Source: Octopus vulgaris
Lineage: Eukaryota
DNA: 64,000 nucleotides
NCBI GenBank assembly: GCA_951406725.2
Contig: OX597831.1
Coordinates: 2,976,001-3,040,000 of the forward strand
Direction: 5' to 3'
In this document: piece after piece, positions 1 to 12,645 of the stretch
Layout of the letters: each line of letters starts with the position of its first letter
How positions within the stretch are numbered: the first letter of the stretch is position 1
Position numbers and translations under genes: made by a program
Notes under the pieces: model-generated
Databases searched by the model: none
What the model saw: the letters and a program-made list of their open reading frames with translations, nothing else
Told to the model about the DNA's origin: nothing

Positions 1-24
1 TGTTTGTTTTTTTTACATGTATAG

Positions 25-210
25 GGTGTTAGCCTATAGCACAACCCCCGAATCTGGAGGGCCAATGTGGTATACTTTAGTCTGACTCCTCCTCTTCGAC
101 CAAACCAGCAAGGTTAAACCTACCAGGGGAAGACGTCCCCCACTGGCACATGCTCTAGGGATCATAAGAGTACGCAAGCCTCCCCGCCATGTCAAGGCCA
201 CACAGAGGGA
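25..210 (-). mobile_element. RTE-clade 5'UTR-like fragment
   Basis: Minus strand reads CCTTGACATGGCGGGGAGGCTTGCGT...GATCCCTAGAGC...CCCTGGTAGG...GGCCCTCCAG...GGGGGTTG...GGCTAACACCC, resembling my recollection of RTE/Expander 5' ends; not searched. Confidence 0.4.
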
Positions 211-397
211 GAGGCCTATAGAGTGCAGCTCACATTTAAGCTTCATAAAGAGTTGGCAAAGCAACAAACGGTTGAGTCAATTTGGTTTCCAGCCAAGAAG
301 CCAGAGGAGCAATGGCTTGTATCCTATTGTCTCTATTATATGACATCCATGGTTGCCACATACCACTGTTAACTCAATGGTTCCACCCTACCAAAAA

Positions 398-628
398 GGT
401 GGCGAGCTGGCAGGAACGTTAGCAGGCCGGGCGAAATGCTTAGCGGTATTTTGTCTGCTCCTACGTTCTGAGTTCAAATTCCGCCGAGGTTGACTTTGCC
501 TTTCATCCTTTCGGGGTTGATTAAATAAGTACCAGTTACGCACTGGGGTCGATTTAATCGACTTAATCCGTGTGTCTGTCCTTGTTTGTACCCTCTATGT
601 TTAGCCCCTTGTGGGTAGTAAAGAAATA
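398..628 (+). mobile_element. SINE family A (tRNA-like head, Nin-domain-like core), full length
   Basis: B-box GAGTTCAAATTCC, core GCCTTTCATCCTTTCGGGG..ATAAGTACC, tail AGCCCCTTGTGGG..AAAGAAATA; 16-bp TSD GGTTCCACCCTACCAA at 379-394 and 629-644. Confidence 0.9.
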
Positions 629-899
629 GGTTCCACCCTACCAATCTGTGAGAAAGTAATCAGTGCAGGCTTGAACTATATTGGTCGGGATGTTTACTTC
701 ATGACTCTGTAGTTCTGAGTTCAATCCCAGGAAGACATGGGGCAAAGTACTGAAGGACGACCTCAGGACACTGAACCTTTCAGAAGAGATGACAAAGGAT
801 CAAGATAGCTAGTGCCTTGCTGTACTCAAGAAGACTTGTCCTCCATGGCGGAAGTGTTATGGCTGCTCCGCCTGATGGAAAGGGTTGGCCTGCAAGAGC

Positions 900-1133
900 C
901 CTGAGCTGGTGCCATGTAAAAACCACTCATGCTGGCACCACATAAATGTGCTTGTGCCGGTGCCACATTAAAAGTACCAACACACTTTAAGGTGTTAGGA
1001 AGGACATCCAGCCATAGAAACCAAGCCAAATCAGACTGGAACATAGTGCAGCTCTCTGGCTTGCCAGCTGTGGTCAAACTGTCAAACCCATGCCAGCATG
1101 GAAAACAAATGTTAAAGGATAATGATGATGATG
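900..1133 (+). mobile_element. Retroposon family C (GGAAGGGCATCC domain, (GAT)n tail)
   Basis: Shared body TTAGGAAGGACATCCAGCC...AACCCATGCCAGCATGGAA followed by (GAT)n; about 11 copies in window. Confidence 0.8.
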
Positions 1134-1150
1134 ATACGTACGTATGTATA

Positions 1151-1296
1151 GGCGCAGGCATGGCTGTGTGGTAAGAAGCTTGCTTTTCAACCACATGGTC
1201 CCGGGTTCAGTCCTGCTGCGTGGCACCTTGGGCAAGTGTCTTCTACTATAGCCTCGGATATTGACCAAAACCTTGTGAGTGGATTTGGTAGATGGG
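1151..1296 (+). mobile_element. SINE family B (tRNA head + CORE-like domain), 3' truncated
   Basis: A-box TGGCTGTGTGG, B-box GGTTCAGTCC, CORE-like CCTTGGGCAAGTGTCTT. Confidence 0.85.
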
Positions 1297-1306
1297 AAAA
1301 AATATA

Positions 1307-1520
1307 CAGTAATCCCTCGCCATATTGAGGTTCATCTATCATTGTTTATTATTTAAGCTGACGTTGAATCCTTGCATTTATAATAAAATAAATATATACA
1401 AACTATGAAAATAATTTTAAAATACAGTATTGTACTGTTTCTACTTCAAAGATTTTTACCTATCACTGGCGGGTGGGGTGTAGTTGGAATGTAACACCCA
1501 CAATAGTCAAGGGATTACTG
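1307..1520. mobile_element. Tigger/pogo-type MITE
   Basis: TIRs CAGTAATCCCTCG / CAAGGGATTACTG, preceded by TA. Confidence 0.75.
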
Positions 1521-1534
1521 TGTGTATGAGTATA

Positions 1535-1580
<46 letters not shown>

Positions 1581-1599
1581 CATTCACACATACATACAT

Positions 1600-1864
1600 T
1601 ATCATCATCATTATCATCGTTTAATATACGCTTTCCATGCTAGCATGGGTTGGATGATTTGACTGAGGACTGGCAAACCAGATGGCTGCACCAGGCTCCA
1701 ATCTTGATCTGCCAGAGTTTCTACAGCTGGATGCCCTTCCTAATGCCAACCACTGTGAGAGTGTAGTGGATGCTTTTACGTGCCACTGGCATGCGGGCCA
1801 GTCAGGCGGTACTGGCAGCAGCCACGCTCAAATGGTGTTTTTTACGTGCCACCTGCACAGGAGC

Positions 1865-1865
<1 letters not shown>
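1600..1865 (-). mobile_element. Family C retroposon
   Basis: Reverse-complement match to family C with (ATC)n tail on the left. Confidence 0.85.
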
Positions 1866-1920
<55 letters not shown>

Positions 1921-1924
<4 letters not shown>

Positions 1925-2193
1925 CTCCCCTTATTTCGCTCTCGCGTCTCATGTTTGATCTTTGACCTCTGGCCGAAATCAGATCGCCATGTTGATTCGT
2001 TAGCTACTGCACGCATTTTTTTCTCTCCTTCTTTCTGTGTTTATTTTCTCTCTGTGTATCTTTCTGTTGAAGAGCGTAGGCTCGAAACGTTTAAGACTTG
2101 TTTTATTTATATTTCCTGAGCGCCATACTAATACAATTGTTCGTTTGTTTTCCACCTGCCTTCGTCTTTTGTCTATTTTCATAAAGCTTCCTG
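1921..2193 (+). mobile_element. (TA)n-flanked cassette with hammerhead-like motif (2059-2096); Penelope-like/retrozyme-like
   Basis: TCTTT-CTGTTGA-A-GAGC(GTAG)GCTC-GAAA-CG-TT-TAAGA; homologous to 23698-23892 and 54763-54975; (TA)n on both sides. Confidence 0.65.
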
Positions 2194-2239
<46 letters not shown>

Positions 2240-2936
2240 TGTATATATATATATATATATATATACAAACACGCACATACTTATGAGGGAGAAAAAGTAG
2301 GGAAGACAAGATTGTTAAATTCAACTTAATAACCTCTGTCTTTTGATATCTCTCTCTCTCCTTCTCTCCATTTACATATAGAAAGAGAGACAGAGAGACA
2401 GACAGAGGGAGACAGAGAGACAGAGAGCAAAACACAAGCTTACTTGAATTTAACAATTTCTTCTTCTCCCTACATTTTTTATCTCTCGAATCTGTATTTT
2501 GTCTGAGGTTTTTCTGTGGTCTTGCCAGAAGAATCTATGATCCAAGATCAAAATACACAAAGGAATGCTTGACCAACCAAGATATACAAAATGGTTTAAC
2601 TTTCTAGGCGCCAGAACAAGTGCGCTATGCAATAAGTTTGATTTCTTAAATAATACAGAGAAAATATTGGAAAGGCATGTTTATATTAAAATGTTTCAAT
2701 AAAACATTATTTATGTTGCTTTATTTTATATCCTGGACCCTTTCATCTTTATCTCCCTCTTGTTTCTATCTATTTATCTATTGATGTGTCTGTGCGTCTT
2801 TTACTATAGCGCTAGACAAATTCAAGACCTTGTAAGTGGGTTTGGTAGACAGAAACCGAGGGAAAGCTGTTTTGTGTGAGTGTGTGTGTGTATGTGTGTG
2901 TATGTGGATGTGTGTGTGTGTATAAGTGTGTGTATA

Positions 2937-2968
<32 letters not shown>

Positions 2969-3004
2969 AGTATGTATGTATGTATATATATATGTATGTG
3001 TATA

Positions 3005-3037
<33 letters not shown>

Positions 3038-3052
3038 TTTGTATATATATAA

Positions 3053-3452
3053 GGCGCAGTAGTGTTTGTGTGGTAAGTAGCTTGTTTACCAACCACATGG
3101 TTCCGGGTTCAGTCCCACTGCGTGGCACCTTGGGCAAGTGTCTTCCACTATAATCTCTGGCCGACCAAAGCCTTGTGAGTGGATTTGGTAGACGGAAACT
3201 GAAAGAAGCCCGTCGTATGTATGTATATATATATATATATGTATGTGTGTGTATATGTTTGTGTGTCTGTTTGTCCACACAACATCGCTTGACAACTGAT
3301 GCTGGTGTATTTACGTCCCCATAACTTAGTGGTTCAGCAAAAGAGCCCGATAGGATAAGTACTAGGCTTACAAAGGTTGATTTGCTCGACTAAAGGCGGT
3401 GCTCCAGCATGGCCACAGTCAAATGACTGAAACAAGAAAAAGAGTAAAAGAG
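3053..3452 (+). mobile_element. SINE family B, full length
   Basis: tRNA head, CORE-like block, internal (TA)/(TG) tract, (GTAAAAGA)n tail. Confidence 0.9.
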
Positions 3453-3458
3453 TATATG

Positions 3459-3714
3459 ACTAAGGGTGTCAAGACACCAACACTGTTAGAAATAAGAGCT
3501 AAAATGCTCTAATGCTGTAGGAAAAGTACATAGTTGTATATATATATATGATCACAAGGGTTGTAATCCCCCAAAAACACCAACTCAAGAATTCCCATTT
3601 CCGGGCAATAACACCCCCTGTGAGCAAATATGTATACAATTATGTGCTTTACCTACAGCATTAGAGCATTTTAGCTCTTATTTCTAGCAGTGTAGGTGTC
3701 TTGTCGCCCTTAGT
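3459..3714. mobile_element. Fold-back MITE with long inverted arms
   Basis: Left arm ACTAAGGGTGTCAAGACACC...GCTCTAATGCTGTAGG...TTGTATA is the near reverse complement of the right arm over about 85-110 bp. Confidence 0.75.
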
Positions 3715-3774
3715 TGCATTTAGTGATAATTATATTTTTCCTTTATGGTAACAGATGGCTACTTCTATTAACTT

Positions 3775-4420
3775 TTCTATTTATATTGCTTTAGTCATTT
3801 TTCATTTCACTATGGCCATGCTGGGTCATTGTCTTGAAGGGTTTTAGTCAAACAGATTGACCACAAGACTTATTTTTTAAAGCCTGGTACTTATTCTATC
3901 GTTCTCTTTTGCTGAACTGCTAAGTTAGGGAAAGGAAACAGACCAACACCGATTGTTAAGCAGTGGTGGGGAGACAAATACAGACACAAAGACACACAAA
4001 CCCACCCACATGCACACCCACACATGATGGGCTTCTTTCTTATTTGTTTATTGCCCACAAGGGGCTAAACATAGAGGGGACAAACAAGGACAGAAAAAGG
4101 GATTACATCGACTTCAGTGCGTAACTGGTACTTAATTTATCAACCCCGGAAGGATGAAAGGCAAAGTTGATCTTGGCAGAATTTGAACTCAGAATGTAAA
4201 GACAGATGAAATACCGCCAAGCATTTCACCTGGCGTGCTAATGTTTCTGCCAGCTCGCTGCCTTCAATTTCTTTCAGTTTCTATCTACTAAGTCTACTCA
4301 CAAAGTTTTGGTTGGCCAGAGGTTAAAGTAGAAGACACTTACCCAAGGTGTCATGCAGTGGATCTGAACCCAGAATCATGTAGTTGGGAAAGCAAGCTTC
4401 TTACCACACAGTCACACACA
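3775..4420 (-). mobile_element. Degenerate family B SINE with a family A SINE nested at about 4040-4264
   Basis: B sequence breaks at GGGCTTCTTTC and resumes at TTTCAGTTTC after a minus-strand A copy. Confidence 0.8.
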
Positions 4421-4464
4421 TGTATATCATCATGATCATGATATCACCCTTTAATGTCCATCTT

Positions 4465-4645
4465 TGATTGTCTGCCGTTACATTCTGAGTTCAAATTCTG
4501 CTGAGGTCGACTTTTCCTTTCATCCTTTCGGGGTCGATTAAATAAGTACCAGTTACGCACTGGGGTCGATGTAATCTACTTAATCTCCTTGTCTGTCCTT
4601 GTTTGTCCCCTGTATTTTTATCCCCCTGTGGTCAATAAAGAAATA
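4465..4645 (+). mobile_element. 5'-truncated family A SINE, inserted in a minus-strand family C copy that continues to about 4850
   Basis: 12-bp TSD AATGTCCATCTT on both sides. Confidence 0.85.
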
Positions 4646-4893
4646 AATGTCCATCTTCCATGATGGTATGAGTTGGATGGTTTGACCAGAGCTGGCAAGC
4701 AAGAGAGCTGCATCAGGTTCCAGTCTGATTTGGCATGGTTTCTATGGTTGGATGGCCATCCTAATGCCAACCACTCTGAGAGTGTAATGGGTCCTTTTTA
4801 CATGCAACTGGTACAGGTGACATTTACATGAAACCGGTAACAGCCACAACTATGTATGCATATACATACATGCAAACATACATAAATACACAC

Positions 4894-4926
<33 letters not shown>

Positions 4927-4934
4927 TGTATATG

Positions 4935-5140
4935 TAGTCAAATCAAATAAACAAACATTAAAAATAACAATAACAAAATTACAAGAAGATGTGTACATGG
5001 AATGTATTAGCTTGGCGCTTTGTGAAACAAGAGAGCTTTTGACATTTCAAGCATAGCTCTTCATCGGAAAGGAAAAAGTTAAAGGGGAGAAGTCCAAAGA
5101 AGGAAACAAATCACCAACAGCATGTGTGTAGTTACATAAA
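4935..5140 (-). mobile_element. Microsatellite-flanked cassette with hammerhead-like motif (5036-5072)
   Basis: Minus strand TTT-CCGATGA-A-GAGC(TAT)GCTT-GAAA-TG-TC-AAA; homologous to 60219-60412. Confidence 0.6.
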
Positions 5141-5148
5141 TATGAATA

Positions 5149-5249
<101 letters not shown>

Positions 5250-5292
5250 ATATGTATATGTATATATATATATATGTGTATATGTATATGTA

Positions 5293-5352
<60 letters not shown>

Positions 5353-5359
5353 TATATGA

Positions 5360-5703
5360 GCACCATCCAAGTGTGATCGTTGCCAGAAGAATTGGTGGCA
5401 TGTGAAAAAACATTCGAGCAAGGTCGTTGCTGGACAGGGTACTGTGCAGGTGGTACGTAAAAAACACCATTTGAGCATGGCCATTGCCAGTATCGCCTAA
5501 CTAGAGTTTGTGCCGGCGGCATGTAAAAGCACCCAATGCACTCTTGGAGTGGTTGGCGTTAGGAGGGGCATCCAGCTGTAGAAACTCTGCCAGATCAGAT
5601 TGGAGCCTGGTGTAGCCATCTGGTTTGCCAGCCCTCAGTCAAAATCGTCCAACCCATGCTGGCATGGAAAGCAGATGTTAAACAATGATGATGATGATGA
5701 TAA

Positions 5704-5705
<2 letters not shown>
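5360..5705 (+). mobile_element. Family C retroposon (long form)
   Basis: Family C body with repeated GGCATGTAAAA-like 5' units and (GAT)n tail. Confidence 0.85.
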
Positions 5706-5753
<48 letters not shown>

Positions 5754-5756
<3 letters not shown>

Positions 5757-5950
5757 GATTCAGATAAATATGGTACTTAAGTTGAGGCACCAGAATTTAG
5801 TATGGCATTATCAATACAATTTCAAAATAAGGTGATTAAAACCAAAATAAGCAACAACGATATCCAGAGGATATCCATTGTTCAGTTAAATGGTGTTGCA
5901 TGAAACGATTGTACTGCATTACCTCTGGATATCCTTGTTGCTTATTTTGA
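5754..5950. mobile_element. (TA)n-flanked cassette with 28-bp inverted repeat
   Basis: Arms 5843-5870 and 5922-5949, one mismatch; spacer contains GAAAC-GATT-GTA. Confidence 0.55.
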
Positions 5951-6148
5951 TATATATATATCTAAATATAAATATATATATATATATATATTTATATATA
6001 TGTATGTATGTATTGGACCGATCCAGTATCCCAAAGTTTTCATAGTGTGCAGCTGGCTCTTCAGAGAAATCAATACACATACATATGTAATAGGACTATC
6101 TATCTATCCATCCATCAATCATATATATATATATATATATATATATGT

Positions 6149-6183
<35 letters not shown>

Positions 6184-6774
6184 TATTTATATTATATATA
6201 TATATATATATTATTTTATATATATATATATTATATATATATTTTATATTTATATATATATTTATGTGTATGTATGTTTATGTATGTATACTTATGTATA
6301 AATACGCATGTGTTTGCTAATGTATTAACAACTGCATTATGTGTGAGTGCATTAGCGAGTGAGGCAGTTAGATACAAACCGCCCCCCCCCCCGCATCCTG
6401 ATTGTTTCAATAATGAGGTTTTATTACCGTTCTATAGTGCCATCTCTTCAGCAGACACAGAATGATAGTCCAAGAACAAAGATTAAACATTCTCTCACTG
6501 TGTGTCCTTCGGGGGGAGACCATAGCTGATTGCTCTGTCACTGCTACTGTTACGGCCAGCAAGCCAATCAGCATTCAGCAGTAAAGGTTTATTGGTTCAA
6601 TCATACAAGCAGCAAGAGCAAGAAAATACCGACTTGATTCACCGTTTAGTCACGTTTCTCAGATCAGCAAATTCTGAAATACCAGATCAGAATTTCTCCG
6701 ATACTCAACGTTGCGAAAAACTCCGTTCTTCTTGTTATCTAATTACACTCTTAGAGCCTTTGTCTTAACGCTGT

Positions 6775-7365
<591 letters not shown>

Positions 7366-7367
7366 TA

Positions 7368-7580
7368 AGCCGGCTAGCTGGCAGAATCGTTAGCACGCTG
7401 GTCGAAATGCTTTCAGGTATTTCGCCCGTCGCTATCTCCTGAGATCAAATTCTGCCAAGGTCAACTTTGCCTTTCATCCTTTCAGGGTCAGGAAATTAAG
7501 TACCAATGAAATACTAGGGTCAATGTAATCGACTAGTCCTCTCCCCCCAAATTTCAGGCCTTGTGCCTATAGTAGAAATG

Positions 7581-7654
<74 letters not shown>

Positions 7655-7670
7655 TATTTTTATTATTATT
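7368..7670 (+). mobile_element. Family A' SINE (A head/core with alternative tail ending in (ATT)n)
   Basis: Same head and core as A, but tail CCCCAAATTTCAGGCCTTGTGCCTATAGTAGAAA(TTA)n. Confidence 0.8.
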
Positions 7671-8257
7671 AAGGTTGTGAGCTGGGAGAATTGTTAGCAT
7701 GCCAGAAGAGATACAGTAGATAATTAAGATTTACATCTTCAATACCAAAGAAATGGATGGGCTGGTCATGGCTGGAATGCTTTTGATCATTGGCCTGATC
7801 AGTCTGTATTGGCTTGGGGCTAAACTACACCTGTTGTGTTATTCACAGGTTTCCAAAGTACGTGCCACTATACTTAAGTGCGTCATCGATTATCTCAGGT
7901 GTGTCATGAAATTTGGTCAGATCAATTATTTTGGTTGTGAAATATATTCAAGAATCTAAACGGTTAAATTTGTGATTGGTGACATATAAATCAATATTTA
8001 TTTATTTATTTATTTATTTATTTCAATTTGCTAACGAAACTTAACTAATGTGTCATGAGAAATATTAATTTTAATTTTCAAAAAGTATGTTGTACCGATG
8101 TTAAAAAAAAATTTAGAAAAATTTGCTGCAAGATTATTGCAGGTATGAAATGGTTCTATTGAGTTAAAATGGTTAAAGTAAGGTCTAGAGAGAGATACAC
8201 AATTGAGATGAGTGCAAGTAAAGATGCAAAAGATATAAGAAAAGCTTACTTGGAGGT

Positions 8258-8518
8258 AAAAGGCAAAGGCAAAGTTACCTCCTCAAGTCATATACACTCA
8301 TAAGGGCTGGTTTCCTGGTTTCATGGCGTATATATTCCCCACCTGGATGGGATGCCAGTCCTTCACAGGATAACTCATTTTTGCCAGCTGAGTGGACTGG
8401 AGCAACATGAAATGAAGTATTTTGCTCAAGGACACAATACGTCATCCAGTCCAGGAATTGAAACCACAATCTTACGATCATGAGTTCAACACTCTAACCA
8501 CTAAGCCACGCCCCTCCA
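8258..8518 (-). mobile_element. SINE family E (tRNA head, GTCCTTGAGCAA block, GACTGGCATCCCATCCAG domain)
   Basis: A/B boxes on minus strand; TSD CTTACTTGGAGGT at 8245-8257 and 8519-8531. Confidence 0.85.
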
Positions 8519-8760
8519 CTTACTTGGAGGTGGTATACAGTCAATAAATTCTCAAAGAAAGAACACAGGATCCTGTCTAATTTCCTGCATACCCATGTAC
8601 CCAAGTACCTTATACAAACCCAAGCACCTCAGTTTTTGTAAATTGACTATGAAGTCTCTTAATTCTTTATTTTGCATCCATGACGAGAATTTCTTCTCTA
8701 ATTCTGTTATAGATCCAGCTATAAGACCATATAAGAGTTCCCATGGACATCCAGTTTTAA

Positions 8761-8970
8761 CCCTTTAGTATTTAGACCAGCCATATCCATATCCAGCCCA
8801 AATTTTCTACCCACTTTATGTCCAAACCAACGAGATCAGGCACCTCACTCCTACCCTATAATGCCATTCTAAAAATACAAAACTGGATCATCAAAATCTT
8901 GAAGCCATGACATAATGTTGGCTAATTCAAACGAATGTGAATAAATAATAATGTGAACTAAGATCAAACA
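8761..8970. mobile_element. piggyBac-like MITE (family F)
   Basis: Starts TTAA|CCCTTTAG; related copies at about 10140-10710, 14510-14745 (ends CTAAAGGG|TTAA), 16330-16550 and 56200-56935. Confidence 0.6.
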
Positions 8971-8972
8971 TT

Positions 8973-9298
8973 GTGGAGGCACAATGGCCCAGTGGTTAGG
9001 GCAGCGGACTCGCGGTCGGAGGATCGCAGTTTTGATTCCCAGACCGGACGTTGTGTGTGTTTATTGAGTGAAAACATCTAAAGCTCCATGCGGCTCCAGC
9101 AGGGGGTGGTGGCGACCCCTGCTGTACTCTTTCGCCCCAACTTTCTCTCACTCTCTCTTCCTGTTTCTTGAGTAATGCTGCGATGGACTGGCGTCCCATC
9201 CAGCTGGGGGGAACACATATGCCACAGAAACCGAGAAATTGAGCCCATGAGCCTGGTTAGGCTTGAAAAGGGGGCACATAAATAAAAAAATTAATAAA
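8973..9298 (+). mobile_element. SINE family D head with E-type 3' domain
   Basis: Head GGAGGCACAATGGCCCAGTGGTTAGGGCAGCGGACTCGCGG; 3' CTGCGATGGACTGGCGTCCCATCCAG; TSD ATCAAACATT. Confidence 0.85.
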
Positions 9299-9471
9299 AT
9301 CAAACATTACACTGTGTAACAAGATTTTTGTCCTTGGGTAGCAACTGCTGTTTCCTGTTAGCTGACCCCTACAAAGTACGAAAAATGGATAATATTTCCT
9401 TCAAACTTTTCTTTTGTTACATTTATTCAAACTCAAAGAATCCCTTTCAACACGTGCCTATGATGCTTCCA

Positions 9472-9857
9472 GTGGAGGCGCAATGGCCCAGTGGTTAGGG
9501 CAGCGGACTCGCGGTCATAGGATCGCGGTTTCGATTCCCAGACCGGGTGTTGTGAGTGTTTATTGAGTGAAAACACCTAAAAAGCTCCACGAGGCTCTGG
9601 CAGCGGGTGGTGGTGATCCCTGCTGTACTCTTTCACCACAACTTTCTCTCACTCTTACTTCCTGTTTCTGTTGTACCTGTACTTCAAAGGGCCGGCCTTG
9701 TCACTCTCTGTGTCACGCTGAATATCCCCGAGAACTATGTTAAGGGTACATGTGTCTGTGGAGTGCTCAGCCACTTGCACGTTAATTTCACGAGCAGGCT
9801 GTTCCGTTGATTCGGATCAACCGGAACCCTCGTCATCGTAACCGACGAAGTGCTTCC
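9472..9857 (+). mobile_element. SINE family D, full length
   Basis: tRNA-like head with A/B boxes; TSD ATGATGCTTCC. Confidence 0.9.
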
Positions 9858-10209
9858 ATGATGCTTCCCAACTACTCCTGCTCATGATCAGAGGTGCTCA
9901 AGTGGTTGAGGTCAAGCAACTGACAAGCAAATATCATTATAGCAAATATTGAGCAGAATATTTGCTATAACGATATTGTTGCTTCAGCAACTCACCGATG
10001 AATCAGTCTGAAATGTAATGGAAAGTAGGTCAGTGTGGAAACATTGATCATGTCTAGGTCTGAAAAGCAATGTTTGAAGGGAACAGTAGTCATTTCCTCT
10101 GATTTCTAGATAGAAGCAAATAGGAAACAACACTTACTGAGCAAAGACAACAAAAAATTTGAATTTTGTTACACAGCATTTATCTCATAGCTTTAAGATT
10201 TTGATGATA

Positions 10210-10590
10210 CTCTTTTACTTGTTTCAGTCATTTGAGTGTGGCCCTGCTGGAGCACCACCTTTAGTCGAGCAAATCGACCCCAGGACTTATTCTTTGTAAG
10301 CCTAGTATTTATTCTATTGGTCTCTTTTGCCGAACTGCTAAGTTACGGGGACGTAAACACACCAGCATCGGTTGTCAAGCGATGTTGGGGGGGACAAGCA
10401 CATACACACATACACACATACATACATACGACGGGCTTCTTTCAGTTTCCGTCTACCAAATCCACTCACAAGGCTTTGGTCAGCCCGAGGCTATAGTAGA
10501 AGACACTTGGCCCAAGGTGCCACGCAGTGGGAATGAACCCGGAACGATGTGGTTGGTAAGCAAGCTACTTACTACACAGCCACTCCTGCG
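10210..10590 (-). mobile_element. SINE family B, full length (inside a family F MITE)
   Basis: Match to family B. Confidence 0.9.
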
Positions 10591-11009
10591 CCATGATATG
10601 ATTGTTTATTTTCAGAATGTCATTGTAGGGTTGGTGTGAGGGGCCCAATATAGCCAGTTTGAACATAAAACGGATGGAATACCGGGACTGGATATGGTTG
10701 GTTTAAATGCTACAGAGTTAAAGAAGAAATAACATTTGTCATAAGGACTTCGACTGATTTTTTCACTGCTACCAGGATAAAGGGGCAAAGTCAAATGTGG
10801 TGGGATTTGAATTTAGGGACCAGAAGGATATAATTGAACACAGCACTGCAAGATTTTTCAGCATTCCACTAATTCTTTCTATTATTTTCCAACCTAAATT
10901 TGTAAAAAGTATAATCAAATTTGTTGTAAATAGTACTTTGCTATTTAACTATGGTGAAGGAACACTTATTATTGTTGGTGGTTGCACCATAGCTAACAGT
11001 TACGGTGGA

Positions 11010-11910
11010 GGATGTGGTTGTGGTGATGGAAGTAGTGGGGGGTGATGGCCACAGTAGCAGTAGTAGTGGTCAGTATTAGCAGCAGTGGTGGTTTTGGCGG
11101 CAGTAGAGAGGATGTTGGTTGGGTGATGGAGATCATGCTGTTGATAGTGGTGATGAGGAGAGTGGTGACTGTGGTGATGGTGGTGATTGTAGTGGTGGTG
11201 GTGGTGGTGGTTGCAGTGTTGGCAGCAGTAGTAGTGGTGGTGGTGGTGGCAATGGTGGCAGCAGTAGTAGTAATAGTGGTTAGTGTTGGTAGCAGTGGTG
11301 GTGGTGGTGGTGGTGGTGGTGGCAATAGTGGCAGCAGTAGTAGTAATAGTGGTTACAGTGTTGGTAGCACTGGTGGTGGTGGTGGTGGTGGTATTGGTGG
11401 TGGTGGTATTGGTGGTGGTGGTATTGGTGGTAGTGGTGGTGGTGGTGGTGGCAATGGTGGCAGCAGTAGTAGTAATAGTGGTTACAGTGTTGGTAGCAGT
11501 GGTGTTGGTGGTAGTGTTATTGGTGGTAGTGGTATTGGTGGTAGTGGTGGTGTGGTGATGGTGGTGGTGGTGATTGTGGTGGTGGTGGTGGCAATGGTGG
11601 CAGCAGTAGTAGTAATAGTGGTTACAGTGTTGGTAGCAGTGGTGGTGGTATTGGTGGTAGTGGTGGTGGTGGTGGTGGTGGTGGCAATGGTGGCAGCAGT
11701 AGTAGTAATAGTGGTTACAGTGTTGGTAGCTGTGGTGGTGGTGGTGGTATTGGTGGTGGTGATGGTATTGGTGGTGGTGGTGGTGATTGTGGTCATCATA
11801 GGGGTTGATGATAGTAACTGTTGTGGTGGCTGTTTGCAAATGACGTTAGTGGCAGTGGTAGTAGTAGCTGTGGTGGTGTTGGTGTTGGTGTTGGTGTTGG
11901 TGTTGGCGTT
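11010..11910. repeat. (GGT/AGT)-rich compound repeat with higher-order unit
   Basis: About 5 copies of GGCAATGGTGGCAGCAGTAGTAGTAATAGTGGTTACAGTGTTGGTAGC separated by variable (GGT)n. Confidence 0.9.
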
Positions 11911-12389
11911 GACGTCAGGCAATCCTAATAACAATGATAACAATAAAGACGATGGCAAGAATGAAAGATGGTAGCAATGAAGCCATTACATTTTGCTTCT
12001 CCAGAAATTTGCAGACTGCTCTTTCACGCCTGAGCACACGCTGTGTTTATTTCTGTCTTTGCTGGTAAGGTTTATTGTGGTCTAATTGTTGAGCTTAGGC
12101 CAGTCTGCAAAGTTTCTTCCTTCACCTCCCACCCCACCCGTCTTTGTCTAGGTACACCATTATTTCTTCTATTCTCAACTCTCTCTCTATATATATATAT
12201 GTCTTGAATCACCCTTTTGTGAGTTATTTAATCTGACCAAAGAGCTTTGAGGATTTGGGTTTCAAATTTGATTCGATGAGGATTACATCAAGCTAAGTAG
12301 AATTGTGGTCATCCATACATACAGGCATGTCCTTTATGGCCATGCCGCACACTCCCTGTCTCGGCTGAGAGATCTTTTGTCTTTTGGGT

Positions 12390-12645
12390 GCTAGTGCCAC
12401 ATGAAATGTACTCGTGTTGGTGCCTCATAAATGCACCTGTGCTAGTAGCATGTTAAATGCGCCTGGTATACTCTGTAAAGTGGCTGGCATTAGGAAGGGC
12501 ATCGGACCACAGACACCAAGTCAAAACAGACAATTGAAGCCTGAACAGTTCTCAAGCTGGCCAGCTCCGGTCAAATCATCCAACCCATGCCAGTATGGAA
12601 AGCAGACGTTAAGCAATGATGATGATGACGATGATGATGATGATG
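12390..12645 (+). mobile_element. Family C retroposon, diverged
   Basis: TTAGGAAGGGCATC...CAACCCATGCCAGTATGGAA...(GAT)n. Confidence 0.75.

Noticed and set aside
8973-9560. tRNA genes at SINE heads (families B, D, E)
   Set aside because: A/B boxes are present but the cloverleaf is incomplete, and each continues into a SINE body with TSDs.
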